DNA from: Acidihalobacter ferrooxydans
GTDB lineage: Bacteria; Pseudomonadota; Gammaproteobacteria; DSM-5130; Acidihalobacteraceae
Direction of reading: 5' to 3'
Length of the DNA: 21,501 bases
Assembly (NCBI RefSeq): GCF_001975725.1
Contig: NZ_CP019434.1
Coordinates: 2,712,418 to 2,733,918, forward strand
Position 1 is the first letter of the stretch. Each line of letters opens with the position of its first letter. A program made the translations under genes and the position numbers. Below, in pieces: positions 12,062-21,501 of the stretch. The notes below the pieces were generated by a model. It was not told the DNA's origin. It did no database searches and worked only from the letters and a program-made list of their open reading frames with translations.

Positions 12062-14881
12062 CTAAAGCGTGCGGGCGACTTCAACCCGCTCGTAGACTTC
12101 GATCTGATCGCCGGGGCGCACGTCATTGTAGTTCTTGACCGCGATACCGCATTCGGTGCCGACCTTAACTTCGTTGACGTCATCCTTGAAACGACGCAGC
12201 GACTCCAGTTCGCCTTCGAAAACCACCACGTTGTCGCGCAGTACACGAATCGGGTTACCGCGACGTACCGCACCCTCGACGACCAGACAGCCGGCCACCG
12301 CGCCGAGACGCGAGGAACGGAACACATCGCGCACCTCCGCGAGACCGACGATCTGCTCGCGCATCTCAGGCGAGAGCAATCCCGTCAGCGCCTGCTTGAC
12401 GTCATCGATGACCTCATATATCACGCTGTAATAGCGTAGATCGACGTCCTTATCGGCAGCCAGCCGGCGCGCTGCCGCGTCGGCACGAACGTTAAAGCCA
12501 ATGACGATCGCATCGGACGCCAGCGCCAGATTGATGTCGGACTCGGCGATGCCACCCACGCCGGAGGAAACGATCTTGACTACCACCTCGTCCGTGGACA
12601 GTTTTTGCAGCGCATCGCGCAGCGCCTCGGCACTGCCCTGCACGTCGGCCTTGACCAGCAGGTTGACAGCCTGTACCGCACCGTCCTGCATCTGTGTGAA
12701 CAGGTTTTCGAGCTTGGCCGCCTGCTGACTGGCAAGCTTGCTCTCGCGGAACTTGCCTCGGCGGAATTCGGCCACCTCGCGCACCTTGCGCTCATCGGGC
12801 ACGACGAGCACGTCGTCGCCCGCGTTCGGCGTACCGGATAGCCCAAGCACCTGCACCGGAATCGACGGACCCGCTTCGAGCACTTCCTGGCCATTTTCAT
12901 CGAACATCGCGCGCACGCGACCGAATTCCTGACCGGTCAGCAGCATGTCGCCACGCTTGAGAACCCCCTTCTGTACGAGCACGGTGGCCACCGGACCACG
13001 TCCCTTGTCCAGACTCGACTCGACTACCACGCCCGACGCCGGGCCATGGTCGGGGGCTTTGAGTTCCAGCACTTCGGCTTGGAGCAATATGCTGTCGAGC
13101 AGATCATCCACCCCATCGCCGGTCTTGGCCGAGACGGGGATAAACTGGGTATCACCACCCCAGTCTTCGGATATCACCTCGTACTGCGACAGCTCGTTCT
13201 TCACGCGGTCCGGATCGGCGTCGGGTTTGTCCATCTTGTTCACCGCGACGACCAGCGGCACGTTCGCCGCACGCGCATGCTGCACCGCCTCCACGGTCTG
13301 CGGCATGACACCATCGTCAGCGGCCACCACAAGCACCACCACGTCAGTCGCCTGCGCGCCACGCGCACGCATTGCAGTGAACGCGGCGTGGCCCGGTGTG
13401 TCGAGGAAGGTCAGACCGCCGCGCGGCGTCGTCACATGATAGGCACCAATGTGCTGTGTAATGCCACCGGCCTCGCCCGCCGCCACCTTGGCACGCCGAA
13501 TATAGTCCAGCAACGAGGTCTTGCCGTGATCAACGTGACCCATGATGGTGACCACCGGCGGCCGCGCGACTTCTTCGCGATGCTCGTCCGTGATTTCCAT
13601 ATCCAGGCCCTGCTCGATATCCGCATCCGAGACCGGCTTGGCAATATGCCCAAGCTCCTCGACCACCAGCGTCGCAGTATCCTGATCGATGTTCTGGTTG
13701 ATGGTCGCCATCACGCCCATGCTCATCAGCGCCTTGATGACTGCCGGAGCCTTGATCGCCATGCGCTGCGCCAGATCACCCACGGTGATCGTCTCCGGCA
13801 CCTGGACCTCGTGGACGATTGGCGCAGTGGGCATCTCGAAGCCGTGCTTGGAAGGCCCTTCCGCAGACACGCGTGCGCGCTTGCCCTTGAGCGCCTTGCC
13901 GCGGCGCCCGCGCTTGTCGCTCGCCACATGCAGCTCGGTGCGTGCAGAGCCATTATTGCCCGCATCGCCACGCCCCTTGACACGACCCTTGGCGGCCTTG
14001 CCGCGTCCGCGCCCGGCATCATCGGGCTGCTGGCTACGGCGAAGCTCTTCTTCGGCCTGCCGACGGGCCTGCTCTGCTTCTCGCCGCTCGGTTTCCTGCT
14101 TGCGCTTTTCTTCCGCCAGCTTGCGTTGGCGCTCGGTTTCCTGACGTTCTTCCACGGCCTTGCGACGCGCTTCGTCCAGCCGACGACGATCTTCTTCGAG
14201 CTGCTTGGCCAGCTGGGCGGACTTGTTGGTCAGCGCGTTGAATTCTTCGTCTTTGCGTATCTGCGCGGCGGCAGCACGCTCCTCGGCTTCAATCTCTTCC
14301 GCGGTGGGCGCAACTGGCGCGGTCGGCGCAGCGTCAGCCGCCGCGACCGACTCGACCTCAGGTTCCGGCTCCGCTTCCGGCTCGGGCGTCGGCTCAGGAG
14401 TCGGTGACGGCTCGATCTCAGGATCGGTCACGGCTGGCGCCTCACTCACAGGCACTTCACTCACAGAGGTTTCAGTCGCCTGCATTTCGACCGTAGGTGC
14501 AGGGGCCGTACTGCCAGTATCGACCGGCGTCTCGGCTTGCGGCGCCTCAACTTCAGTTTCAGGCGCTTCTTCAGCCGCCACACGGCGCTCGTACACGCGC
14601 TTCTTGCGCACTTCGACGCTCACCGTCTTGGCACGCCCCTGTGCGCCGCCGACCTTAAGCTCAGTGGTGCTGCGGCGGCGCAGCGTGACCCGCTGACGCG
14701 GTTCACTGTCACCGTGTCCGCGCGACTTGCGCAGGTACTCCAGCAGCTGCATTTTCTCTTCTTCGCTCACGGCATGATCGGGCCCGCTGGCCCCGATACC
14801 CGCCTCCTTGAGCTGTTCGAGAAGACGCTCGACGGGCGTCCCGACGGTTTCGGATAGCTGCTTAACTGTCACCGTACTCAT
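12062..14881 (-). CDS. infB: Translation initiation factor IF-2, 939 aa
   Basis: N-terminus [29 protein letters not shown] (IF2_N domain). G domain [17 protein letters not shown]...DTPGH...NKMD. Start at the ATG 14881, preceded by GAAGAGGTG. The ORF-track GTG at 15010 adds 43 non-homologous residues. Confidence 0.93.
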   Translation of the reverse strand: MSTVTVKQLSETVGTPVERLLEQLKEAGIGASGPDHAVSEEEKMQLLEYLRKSRGHGDSEPRQRVTLRRRSTTELKVGGAQGRAKTVSVEVRKKRVYERRVAAEEAPETEVEAPQAETPVDTGSTAPAPTVEMQATETSVSEVPVSEAPAVTDPEIEPSPTPEPTPEPEAEPEPEVESVAAADAAPTAPVAPTAEEIEAEERAAAAQIRKDEEFNALTNKSAQLAKQLEEDRRRLDEARRKAVEERQETERQRKLAEEKRKQETERREAEQARRQAEEELRRSQQPDDAGRGRGKAAKGRVKGRGDAGNNGSARTELHVASDKRGRRGKALKGKRARVSAEGPSKHGFEMPTAPIVHEVQVPETITVGDLAQRMAIKAPAVIKALMSMGVMATINQNIDQDTATLVVEELGHIAKPVSDADIEQGLDMEITDEHREEVARPPVVTIMGHVDHGKTSLLDYIRRAKVAAGEAGGITQHIGAYHVTTPRGGLTFLDTPGHAAFTAMRARGAQATDVVVLVVAADDGVMPQTVEAVQHARAANVPLVVAVNKMDKPDADPDRVKNELSQYEVISEDWGGDTQFIPVSAKTGDGVDDLLDSILLQAEVLELKAPDHGPASGVVVESSLDKGRGPVATVLVQKGVLKRGDMLLTGQEFGRVRAMFDENGQEVLEAGPSIPVQVLGLSGTPNAGDDVLVVPDERKVREVAEFRRGKFRESKLASQQAAKLENLFTQMQDGAVQAVNLLVKADVQGSAEALRDALQKLSTDEVVVKIVSSGVGGIAESDINLALASDAIVIGFNVRADAAARRLAADKDVDLRYYSVIYEVIDDVKQALTGLLSPEMREQIVGLAEVRDVFRSSRLGAVAGCLVVEGAVRRGNPIRVLRDNVVVFEGELESLRRFKDDVNEVKVGTECGIAVKNYNDVRPGDQIEVYERVEVARTL

Positions 14882-15027
14882 CTCGGTCACCTCTTCATAT
14901 TCGTACATACTACGTGGACATTCCACGCCGGGCGGCCAGGTCGTCATTGACCCACTGCATCGCTCGCGCCGCACGCCGCCCGTCTGCGATGACCAGCCTG
15001 CGGTCACCACGCAAAAATTCCCGCTGA

Positions 15028-16521
15028 CTATTCCTCGGCTTGAGCAAACCAGGGGGCACGCGCCACCATGATCAGCGCAGCCGCGCGTTCCTCGTCAAGA
15101 TCAGCGATCCCCAGCAGATCGTCGACCGCCTGTTCGGCCAGATCCTCCGCCGTGACGATGCCACGTTGCGCCAACGCCTGCGCCAGCACTTCATCCATGC
15201 CATCGAGCGCGAGCAAATCTGCTGCCGGTTCTCCATCGCCCTCTTCGGCGGCAATCGCGCGCGTCAACAAGGCATCGCGTGCTCTGGCGCGTAGCTCCTC
15301 GACCACATCTTCGTCGAATTCCTCGATACCGAGCAGTTCAGACACCGGCACGTAAGCCACCTCCTCGACGCTGGAGAAACCTTCCTGCACCAGAATCATG
15401 GCGACCTCTTCATCGACATCCAGCTGCTGCATAAATGCATCGGTCAGTTCGCGGACTTCGCGCTCGGTCTTTTCCTCGGCCTGCGCCTCTGACATCACAT
15501 TGAGATCCCAGCCGGTCAACTGGCTGGCGAGCTTGACGTTCTGACCGCCGCGACCGATGGCCTGCGAAAGCTTGTCTTCATCAACAGCCAGATCCATGCT
15601 GCGACGATCCTCGTCGACGACGATGGACACGACTTCAGCCGGCGACATGGCGTTGATGACAAATTGCGCCACATTCTCGTTCCACAGCACGATATCGATG
15701 CGCTCGCCAGCCAGTTCGTTGGAAACCGACTGCACGCGCGAACCGCGCATGCCGACACACGCACCGACCGGATCCAGACGTGGATCATTGGAGCGTACGG
15801 CGATCTTCGCCCGCAAGCCCGGGTCACGCGCCGCGCCCATAATGTCGATCAGCCCCTGCCCTACTTCGGGCACTTCGAGCTTGAACAATTCGATCAAAAA
15901 TTCCGGCGCCGTACGGCTGATGAACAGCTGCGGGCCTCGCGCCTCGTGACGCACTTCCTTCAGGTAACCGCGCAGCCTCTCGCCGGGGCGTACGTTCTCA
16001 CGCGGAATCATGTCTTCGCGCCCGATGAATGCTTCGGCGTTGCCGCCCAGATCAAGATAGATGCCGTGGCGCTCGCTACGCTTGACCACCCCCATCACCA
16101 GATCGCCGATGCGATCCTCGAAGGCCTCGACTACCTGCCGACGCTCGGCCTCGCGCACTTTTTGTACGATGACCTGTTTGGCCACCTGAGCCGCGATACG
16201 CCCGAAATCGGCGGCATCGATCGGCTCCTCGATATATTCGCCGATCTGAATGTCCGGGTATTGTTGCTGCGCATAGCTCAGCAGACGCTGACGCTCCGGC
16301 GTTTCGAATTCCGGATCCTCATCGTCCATGACCAGCCAGCGGCGGTAACCCTGATAATCACCGGAATGTCGATCAATGCTCACCCGCACGTCGATATCGC
16401 CGGGGTGTTTCTTGCGGGTGGCCGAGGCCAGCGCTGCTTCGATCGCCTCGAAAATAATTTCCTTGTCGACCGCCTTCTCGTTGGAAACCGCGTCGACGAC
16501 CAGTAGAATTTCTTTATTCAT
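15028..16521 (-). CDS. nusA: Transcription termination/antitermination factor NusA, 497 aa
   Basis: [38 protein letters not shown], followed by S1 and KH regions and the C-terminal acidic repeat domains. Conserved rimP-nusA-infB order. Confidence 0.96.
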   Translation of the reverse strand: MNKEILLVVDAVSNEKAVDKEIIFEAIEAALASATRKKHPGDIDVRVSIDRHSGDYQGYRRWLVMDDEDPEFETPERQRLLSYAQQQYPDIQIGEYIEEPIDAADFGRIAAQVAKQVIVQKVREAERRQVVEAFEDRIGDLVMGVVKRSERHGIYLDLGGNAEAFIGREDMIPRENVRPGERLRGYLKEVRHEARGPQLFISRTAPEFLIELFKLEVPEVGQGLIDIMGAARDPGLRAKIAVRSNDPRLDPVGACVGMRGSRVQSVSNELAGERIDIVLWNENVAQFVINAMSPAEVVSIVVDEDRRSMDLAVDEDKLSQAIGRGGQNVKLASQLTGWDLNVMSEAQAEEKTEREVRELTDAFMQQLDVDEEVAMILVQEGFSSVEEVAYVPVSELLGIEEFDEDVVEELRARARDALLTRAIAAEEGDGEPAADLLALDGMDEVLAQALAQRGIVTAEDLAEQAVDDLLGIADLDEERAAALIMVARAPWFAQAEE

Positions 16522-16575
16522 TGCAACTCTCCAGGGTACACCCGCACTTCGCAGACCACGCCTTATGAATTCATG

Positions 16576-17070
16576 TCAATCCCGCCGCGGCGGGGCATCG
16601 CCGGTGTAAACCAAACGCGCCCGCTGCACCGCCTCAAGCGCGACAACCACTGCCTTGCCATCGACCTCGACACGCACAGCCTCGTCATCGCATGCCTGTA
16701 ACACACCGATCATGTTGCGCCGCCCATCGACCGGCCAGCGCAAGCGCAGCTTCAGCATCTCGCCGCAGTACAGTCGATACTGCTCGGCCTTGAACAGCAC
16801 CCGGTCCAGCCCCGGCGACGACACCTCGAGGCGGTAAGCTTCCGGGATTGGATCTTCGACATCAAACAAGGCGCTCAGCTGAGCGCTGATGTCCGCGCAG
16901 TTCTCCAGCGTAACGCCTTGCGGCCCATCGACGAAAACCCGCAGCAACGCACTACCGCCGAACGGCGTGTATTCAAGCCCCCACAACGCCAGCCCGAAGC
17001 TCTCCACCACCGGCGCGATCATCCGTTCCAATTCGCTATGCGATGCAGCGCGGCTCATGTCAACATCCAT
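16576..17070 (-). CDS. rimP: Ribosome maturation factor RimP, 164 aa (or 160 aa from the ATG at 17058)
   Basis: LERMIAPVVESFGLALWGLEY...LRVFVD...LEVSSPGLDRVLFK is the RimP/YhbC pattern. Lies immediately upstream of nusA. Two in-frame ATGs (17070, 17058), neither with a clear SD. Confidence 0.9.
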   Translation of the reverse strand: MDVDMSRAASHSELERMIAPVVESFGLALWGLEYTPFGGSALLRVFVDGPQGVTLENCADISAQLSALFDVEDPIPEAYRLEVSSPGLDRVLFKAEQYRLYCGEMLKLRLRWPVDGRRNMIGVLQACDDEAVRVEVDGKAVVVALEAVQRARLVYTGDAPPRRD

Positions 17071-17103
17071 CCGGTCATCGTCGGCCAGTCCGTTTCGGCC
17101 AAT

Positions 17104-17129
17104 AAAAAGGCCCCATCCGGGGCCTTTTT
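17104..17129 (-). terminator. Rho-independent terminator/attenuator hairpin between tRNA-fMet and rimP (symmetric, potentially bidirectional)
   Basis: AAAAAGGCCCC (17104-17114), loop ATCC, GGGGCCTTTTT (17119-17129). Perfect 11-bp complementarity with a U-run on either strand. E. coli has an analogous leaky terminator between metY and rimP. Confidence 0.7.
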
Positions 17130-17146
17130 ATTCCAAAAAATTTCTT

Positions 17147-17223
17147 TGGTAGCGGGGGCAGGATTTGAACCTGCGACCTTCGGGTTATGAGCCCGACGAG
17201 CTGCCAGACTGCTCCACCCCGCA
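17147..17223 (-). tRNA. Initiator tRNA-fMet (anticodon CAT), 77 nt
   Basis: Reverse complement TGCGGGGTGGAGCAGTCTGGCAGCTCGTCGGGCTCATAACCCGAAGGTCGCAGGTTCAAATCCTGCCCCCGCTACCA. Three consecutive G:C pairs close the anticodon stem (TCGGG/CCCGA). Position 1:72 is not Watson-Crick paired as read (U/U). The position upstream of rimP-nusA-infB equals that of metY in E. coli. Confidence 0.93.
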
Positions 17224-17236
17224 TCAGGAGCTGCGC

Positions 17237-17265
17237 ATCATACTAAAGCACTTACATTTTGACAA
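17237..17265 (-). promoter_or_regulatory. Sigma70-type promoter of the tRNA-fMet/rimP-nusA-infB operon
   Basis: Minus strand reads TTGTCA (17265-17260), a 17-nt spacer, TATGAT (17242-17237), then the GC-rich discriminator GCGCAGC. The tRNA 5' end is 13 nt downstream of the -10. Confidence 0.6.
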
Positions 17266-17411
17266 GCGCTCTCACGGAGACTTTTTTCGCCAACCCCATT
17301 TAGTCGAACATGTAGTCGAACAGGGATGATCCGGACTTGCCTGGCCGTGACGAATCGGTGACATCGAGCCCGATAATCCAAGTACTCCGGTCGGGTACAT
17401 GCCACGCGCGC

Positions 17412-18857
17412 TTACAGACTCGCAGCGGCAAGCGCACAGTACGTCATCAATAGGCCCGGTAATATACCGAGTGCCAGCAGCGCCAGGCCGTTGATGCTCA
17501 TGACCACGCTGACATCCAGACCGGGTTTGAGTGGAGTTTCATCTTCGGCCTTGTCAAAGTAGACGTATTTAATTGCCCGCAGATAATAAAACGCGCCGAT
17601 TACCGACATGATCACCGCATACAAAGCCAGCCAGGGCTGCCCGACCTGCACCACCGCCTGAAGCACGACGAGCTTGGCATAGAAGCCGACCGTCGGCGGC
17701 ACACCGGCCATCGAGAACATCAGCACCAGCATGATAAAAGCCAGCCATGGGTTGCGCTGATTGAGCCCCCGAAAATCTTCCAGATTTTCCGCCTCGAAAC
17801 CCTTGCGACTGAGCACGGCGATCATACCGAACGCACCTGCGGACATCAGTGCATAGACCAGCACATAGAACATCGCCGCAGCATAGCCATTATCTGTTCC
17901 GGCCAGCACGCCCATGAACACGAAACCGACGTGGGAAATGGTCGAGTACGCCAACATGCGTTTGATGCTGCGCTGCGCGATGGCGACTATATTACCGACC
18001 GCCAATGACAGAATGACCAGCAGACCCAACATGCCCGACCAGTGTATCTGTGCACTCGGCAGGGCCTCGGCCAGCAGTCGGATAACCATGGCAAACGCGG
18101 CGATCTTGGTGACCGAGCCGATGTATAGCGTAACCGAGGTCGGTGCGCCCTCGTACACGTCCGGCACCCACATGTGGAACGGCACGGCCCCCAGCTTGAA
18201 CGCCACGCCGGCCACGATGAACGCCACCGCCAGCCCGACCGCCAGCGGCGGGTGTGTCGATTGCACCAGCGCGGCGGCGATCGTGGATATATCCAGCGAG
18301 CCGGTCAGTCCGTAGAGAATCGACATGCCGTAGAGCAGCAGGCCCGAGGCCAACGCGCCGAGCACAAAATACTTCATCGCCGCTTCCGATGCTCTGGCGG
18401 AATCGCGCTGGAAAGCCACCATCGCGTACAGCGCCAGCGACATCAGTTCCAGACCGAGATAAATCGTCAGCAGGCTGTGCGCCGAAATCAGCACCATCAT
18501 GCCGAGCACGCCAGCCAGGCCGAGCACGTAATACTCGCCGCGAAACAGGTCGCGATCACGCATGTACGGGCGCGAGTAAACAAACACCGCAATCGTCACC
18601 ACCAGCACAAACAGCTTGAGCAGTACCGACATCGGGTCGCTGACGAACGTGCCGGCGAAGGCCAGCGCGCGTGCGTGCGGATTGAAAATCAGCACCAGCG
18701 CAGCGGTCGTGGCCAGGCTGAACTGAGTCAGCCAGTAGGTCACGTTGCGCTGGCCATCCTTGAGAAAAACGTCGATGACGAGCACCGCGCAGATCATGCC
18801 GAGCAGGAACAGTTCCGGCACTATCAAGATGAAATCGTTGGCGGAAGGCAGTGTCAT
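17412..18857 (-). CDS. nuoN: NADH-quinone oxidoreductase subunit N, 481 aa
   Basis: Polytopic membrane protein of the Proton_antipo_M family, last in the nuoL-M-N order. N-terminus MTLPSANDFILIVPELFLLGMICAVLVIDVF is typical of NuoN. Confidence 0.93.
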   Translation of the reverse strand: MTLPSANDFILIVPELFLLGMICAVLVIDVFLKDGQRNVTYWLTQFSLATTAALVLIFNPHARALAFAGTFVSDPMSVLLKLFVLVVTIAVFVYSRPYMRDRDLFRGEYYVLGLAGVLGMMVLISAHSLLTIYLGLELMSLALYAMVAFQRDSARASEAAMKYFVLGALASGLLLYGMSILYGLTGSLDISTIAAALVQSTHPPLAVGLAVAFIVAGVAFKLGAVPFHMWVPDVYEGAPTSVTLYIGSVTKIAAFAMVIRLLAEALPSAQIHWSGMLGLLVILSLAVGNIVAIAQRSIKRMLAYSTISHVGFVFMGVLAGTDNGYAAAMFYVLVYALMSAGAFGMIAVLSRKGFEAENLEDFRGLNQRNPWLAFIMLVLMFSMAGVPPTVGFYAKLVVLQAVVQVGQPWLALYAVIMSVIGAFYYLRAIKYVYFDKAEDETPLKPGLDVSVVMSINGLALLALGILPGLLMTYCALAAASL

Positions 18858-18876
18858 TCGATTCGGATCCTGTTCC

Positions 18877-20388
18877 TTAGAGCTTCGAGGTCAAGGCCTG
18901 TTGCAAAAGGTGCTGCACGGAAACGTGCACCACATCGAGCAGGGGCGCGGGCCAGACGCCGAGCAGCAGCACGGCAATGGCCAGCAAGCTCAGTATCAGC
19001 GTTTCACGGCCGTTCATGTCTTTCAGCGCGGCCACCTGAGGATTCGTAACCGGGCCGTAAACCACGCGCTTGATGAGCCATAGCGTGTAGGCAGCGCCGA
19101 TGATTAGCGTCAAGGCGGCGATCAGCGCCAGCCAGAAACTGCCGTGGAAACTGGCGAGAATCACCATGAATTCACCGACGAATCCAGAGGTGCCCGGCAG
19201 TCCGGCATTGGCCATGGCAAACAGCACGAAAAACCCGGCAAATACGGGCATGCGGTTGACGACGCCGCCGTAGTCACCGATCTCGCGCGTATGCATGCGA
19301 TCGTAGAGCACGCCGACGCAGAGAAACATCGCGCCGGAGATGAAGCCGTGCGACACCATCTGCACCATGCTGCCCTCCAGCGCGAGCGCGCTGGCTTGCG
19401 GGTCGCCGGTGTGTGCGGCGATGGCATAAATCACGAAGATGCCAAGGGTGACAAAACCCATGTGCGCGATCGAGGAATAGGCGATCAGCTTTTTCATGTC
19501 CTGCTGCACGAGCGCGACGAAGCCGATGTAGACGATGGCCACCAGAGACAGGAAAATCATCAACCCACTCAATGCCTGGCTGGCATCGGGCGTAATCGGC
19601 AGCGCGAACCGCAAAAAACCGTACCCGCCGATCTTGAGCATGACCGCGGCCAGGATGACCGAGCCGCCGGTGGGCGCCTCGACATGCGCATCCGGCAGCC
19701 AGGTATGTACCGGCCACATCGGAATTTTCACCGCAAACGCGCCCAGGAACGCCAGGAAGATCAGAATCTGCGCGGTCATTCCCAGATGCAGGCGCTGAAA
19801 ATCGAGAATGCTGAAACTGCCCGACAGGGTGTACATATAGATCAGCGCAATCAACATCAGGACCGAGCCGAGGAAGGTATAAAGGAAAAATTTGAGCGTC
19901 GCGTACACGCGCCGCGGCCCACCCCACACGCCGATCACAATGAACATCGGAATCAGCATGCCCTCGAAGAAAATGTAGAACAGGATCGAGTCCAGCGAAG
20001 CGAACACCCCGTTCATCAAGCCTTCCATGATCAGGAAAGCGGCCAGATACTGGCCCTGGCGCTCCTTGATTACCTCCCAGCCTGCGATGATCACCAGCAC
20101 GGTACTGAAGGTCGTCAGCAAGATCAGCGGCATGGAAATACCATCGACGCCGAGGTAGTAATTGATATTCAGGGCGCTGACCCACGGCTGAAATTCAGTG
20201 AACTGCATCGCCGCGGTGTGCGGATCGAAACCGGTATACAGCGGCACGCTCAACAGGAACGTGACGATGGAGAAGATCAACGCCAGACGGCGCGTGCCGC
20301 CGGCCTTGTCGCCAGCGCCAAGCACCACGAAGCCACCGATAATCGGCGTCCAGATCACCAGGCTGAGTAGTGGCCAATGCGAAAGCAT
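18877..20388 (-). CDS. nuoM: NADH-quinone oxidoreductase subunit M, 503 aa
   Basis: MLSHWPLLSLVIWTPIIGGFVVL..., WLPDAHVEAPTGGSVILAAVMLKIGGYGFLRF is the conserved NuoM/ND4 core. Confidence 0.95.
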   Translation of the reverse strand: MLSHWPLLSLVIWTPIIGGFVVLGAGDKAGGTRRLALIFSIVTFLLSVPLYTGFDPHTAAMQFTEFQPWVSALNINYYLGVDGISMPLILLTTFSTVLVIIAGWEVIKERQGQYLAAFLIMEGLMNGVFASLDSILFYIFFEGMLIPMFIVIGVWGGPRRVYATLKFFLYTFLGSVLMLIALIYMYTLSGSFSILDFQRLHLGMTAQILIFLAFLGAFAVKIPMWPVHTWLPDAHVEAPTGGSVILAAVMLKIGGYGFLRFALPITPDASQALSGLMIFLSLVAIVYIGFVALVQQDMKKLIAYSSIAHMGFVTLGIFVIYAIAAHTGDPQASALALEGSMVQMVSHGFISGAMFLCVGVLYDRMHTREIGDYGGVVNRMPVFAGFFVLFAMANAGLPGTSGFVGEFMVILASFHGSFWLALIAALTLIIGAAYTLWLIKRVVYGPVTNPQVAALKDMNGRETLILSLLAIAVLLLGVWPAPLLDVVHVSVQHLLQQALTSKL

Positions 20389-20429
20389 GCGGTTCCCTTA
20401 CAGTCTTGTCGTTATCGGTCGAACGCGCC

Positions 20430-21501
20430 CTAGCGGAGCACGAACCAGCTCAACAGCACCAGCACGCCGATGATCATGGCAAAGCTGTAGTGGTAGAGAT
20501 ACCCGGTCTGTACCCAGCGCACCCGCGCGGCCGTCCAGCCGATCAAGCGGGCAGTGCCATTAACGACCAGGCCGTCGATCAACAGCGCATCACCCAGGCG
20601 CCACAACAGGCGCCCAAGCCCGCGCGAGCCGGCGGCAAACACCGCATCGTTAAAAGCATCGAAGCCATAGCCTTTTTCCAGTACCGTGCGTACCCAGCCC
20701 AGGCGGGAATGGACATGCAAACCCAGTTTCGAACGGTACAGGGTCACGTCCCAGGCCACAGCAACACCGGCCAGCGCCAGCCAGAACGGCGGCTGCGCCA
20801 GGCCATGCAGCGTGAACGAAAGAAGTCCATGGAAATGCTCGCCCAGGACTGCGAGCACATCATACTGTGGCGCGACATAGATCGAATTCCCGAAGAAACT
20901 GCCAAATAGCAGTGGATAAGCCACGCCACCCGCGCCAACGGTGGCGATCGCCAGCAGAATCAGCGGCACGGTGACCACCTTGGGCGATTCATGCAGGTGC
21001 GCCCGGGTGTGCGCATCCATGCGCTCCTCACCGTGATAGACGAGGAAGAACAGGCGAAAGGTATACAACGCGGTCACGAACACGCCCAGAATCAACATCA
21101 CGGCAGCAAAGTGCGCGCCTGGAATCTGCGATGCCTCGACGGCCCCGATGATGCTTTCCTTGGAAAAAAAACCGGAAAATCCTGGAAAGCCGATCAGCGC
21201 CAGCGAACCGATCAGCGACGTCCAGTAGGTAATCGGCATGTACTTGCGCAGACCGCCCATCTTGCGAATATCCTGCTCGTGATGCATCGCCATGATGACC
21301 GAGCCGGCGGCAAGGAACAGTAGCGCCTTGAAGAAAGCGTGGGTCATCAGATGGAACATGCCGGCGGCGAAAGCCGAAGCACCCAGCGCGGCCGTCATGT
21401 AGCCGAGCTGCGACAACGTCGAATAGGCGATCACACGCTTGATGTCATTCTGCACGATACCGATCAACCCCATGAAGAACGCGGTGATCGAGCCGATGAT
21501 C
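20430..21501 (-). CDS. nuoL: NADH-quinone oxidoreductase subunit L, C-terminal part (5' end beyond the window)
   Basis: DIKRVIAYSTLSQLGYMTAALGASAFAAGMFHLMTHAFFKALLFLAAGSVIMAMHHEQDIRKMGGL is the NuoL/ND5 core. The reading frame stays open to the window edge upstream of the ORF-track Met at 21473. Confidence 0.93.
   Translation of the reverse strand, partial: IIGSITAFFMGLIGIVQNDIKRVIAYSTLSQLGYMTAALGASAFAAGMFHLMTHAFFKALLFLAAGSVIMAMHHEQDIRKMGGLRKYMPITYWTSLIGSLALIGFPGFSGFFSKESIIGAVEASQIPGAHFAAVMLILGVFVTALYTFRLFFLVYHGEERMDAHTRAHLHESPKVVTVPLILLAIATVGAGGVAYPLLFGSFFGNSIYVAPQYDVLAVLGEHFHGLLSFTLHGLAQPPFWLALAGVAVAWDVTLYRSKLGLHVHSRLGWVRTVLEKGYGFDAFNDAVFAAGSRGLGRLLWRLGDALLIDGLVVNGTARLIGWTAARVRWVQTGYLYHYSFAMIIGVLVLLSWFVLR

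Noticed and set aside
13046-14407. 453-aa ORF on the + strand, plus several other + strand ORFs between 12135 and 14857
   Set aside because: Entirely antisense to the clearly identified infB. The composition is Arg/His/Leu-rich and low-complexity, typical of shadow ORFs in high-GC DNA, with no recognisable motifs.
14882-15010. Upstream GTG start (15010) for infB, giving a 982-aa protein
   Set aside because: The extra 43 residues ([21 protein letters not shown]...) do not resemble IF-2. The ATG at 14881 has a strong SD and gives the canonical IF2_N start. Kept as an alternative in the spacer finding.
18174-20370. Long + strand ORFs (291 aa at 18174..19049, 408 aa at 19144..20370) and a 303-aa alternative minus-frame ORF at 19274..20185
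   Set aside because: They overlap nuoN/nuoM, whose translations are unmistakable membrane-subunit sequences. The alternatives are His/Arg/Asp/Gln-rich with no hydrophobic or domain structure.

Overview
High-GC bacterial chromosomal window in two parts. The right half (about 10.4-21.5 kb, all on the minus strand) is a conserved housekeeping block: nuoL (partial), nuoM, nuoN, initiator tRNA-fMet with its own promoter and a terminator/attenuator hairpin, rimP-nusA-infB-rbfA-truB, then tRNA-Ser(GGA) and tRNA-Arg(ACG). The left half (1-10.4 kb) is an integration hotspot at the 3' end of tRNA-Arg. (i) A 6.1-kb element is bounded by a perfect 45-bp direct repeat of the tRNA-Arg 3' portion (4190-4234 / 10379-10423). 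It carries seven same-strand genes: a P4-type tyrosine integrase, a HicB-like/HTH protein, an AlpA-family regulator, a stand-alone CHC2 zinc-finger protein, a DUF3987 (YfjI-like) P-loop protein, a Cys-rich hypothetical protein and a small HTH protein that looks like a small terminase. No virion or lysis genes are present. I read it as a minimalist integrative element and possible phage satellite. It has phased ATTGGCAACA repeats at both ends (candidate integrase arm sites) and two homologous CTGACA-based palindromes (candidate ori/crr or pac). (ii) Immediately outside it lies the decayed integrase of an older island. Its reading frame is restored across the TA target of an IS630-family element, that IS630 element is itself split by an IS4-family element with a 9-bp target duplication, and the integrase N-terminus is cut off by an IS110-family element running off the left edge. 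No CRISPR array or rRNA was seen. Functional calls rest on motifs I recognise by eye; no database search was possible.
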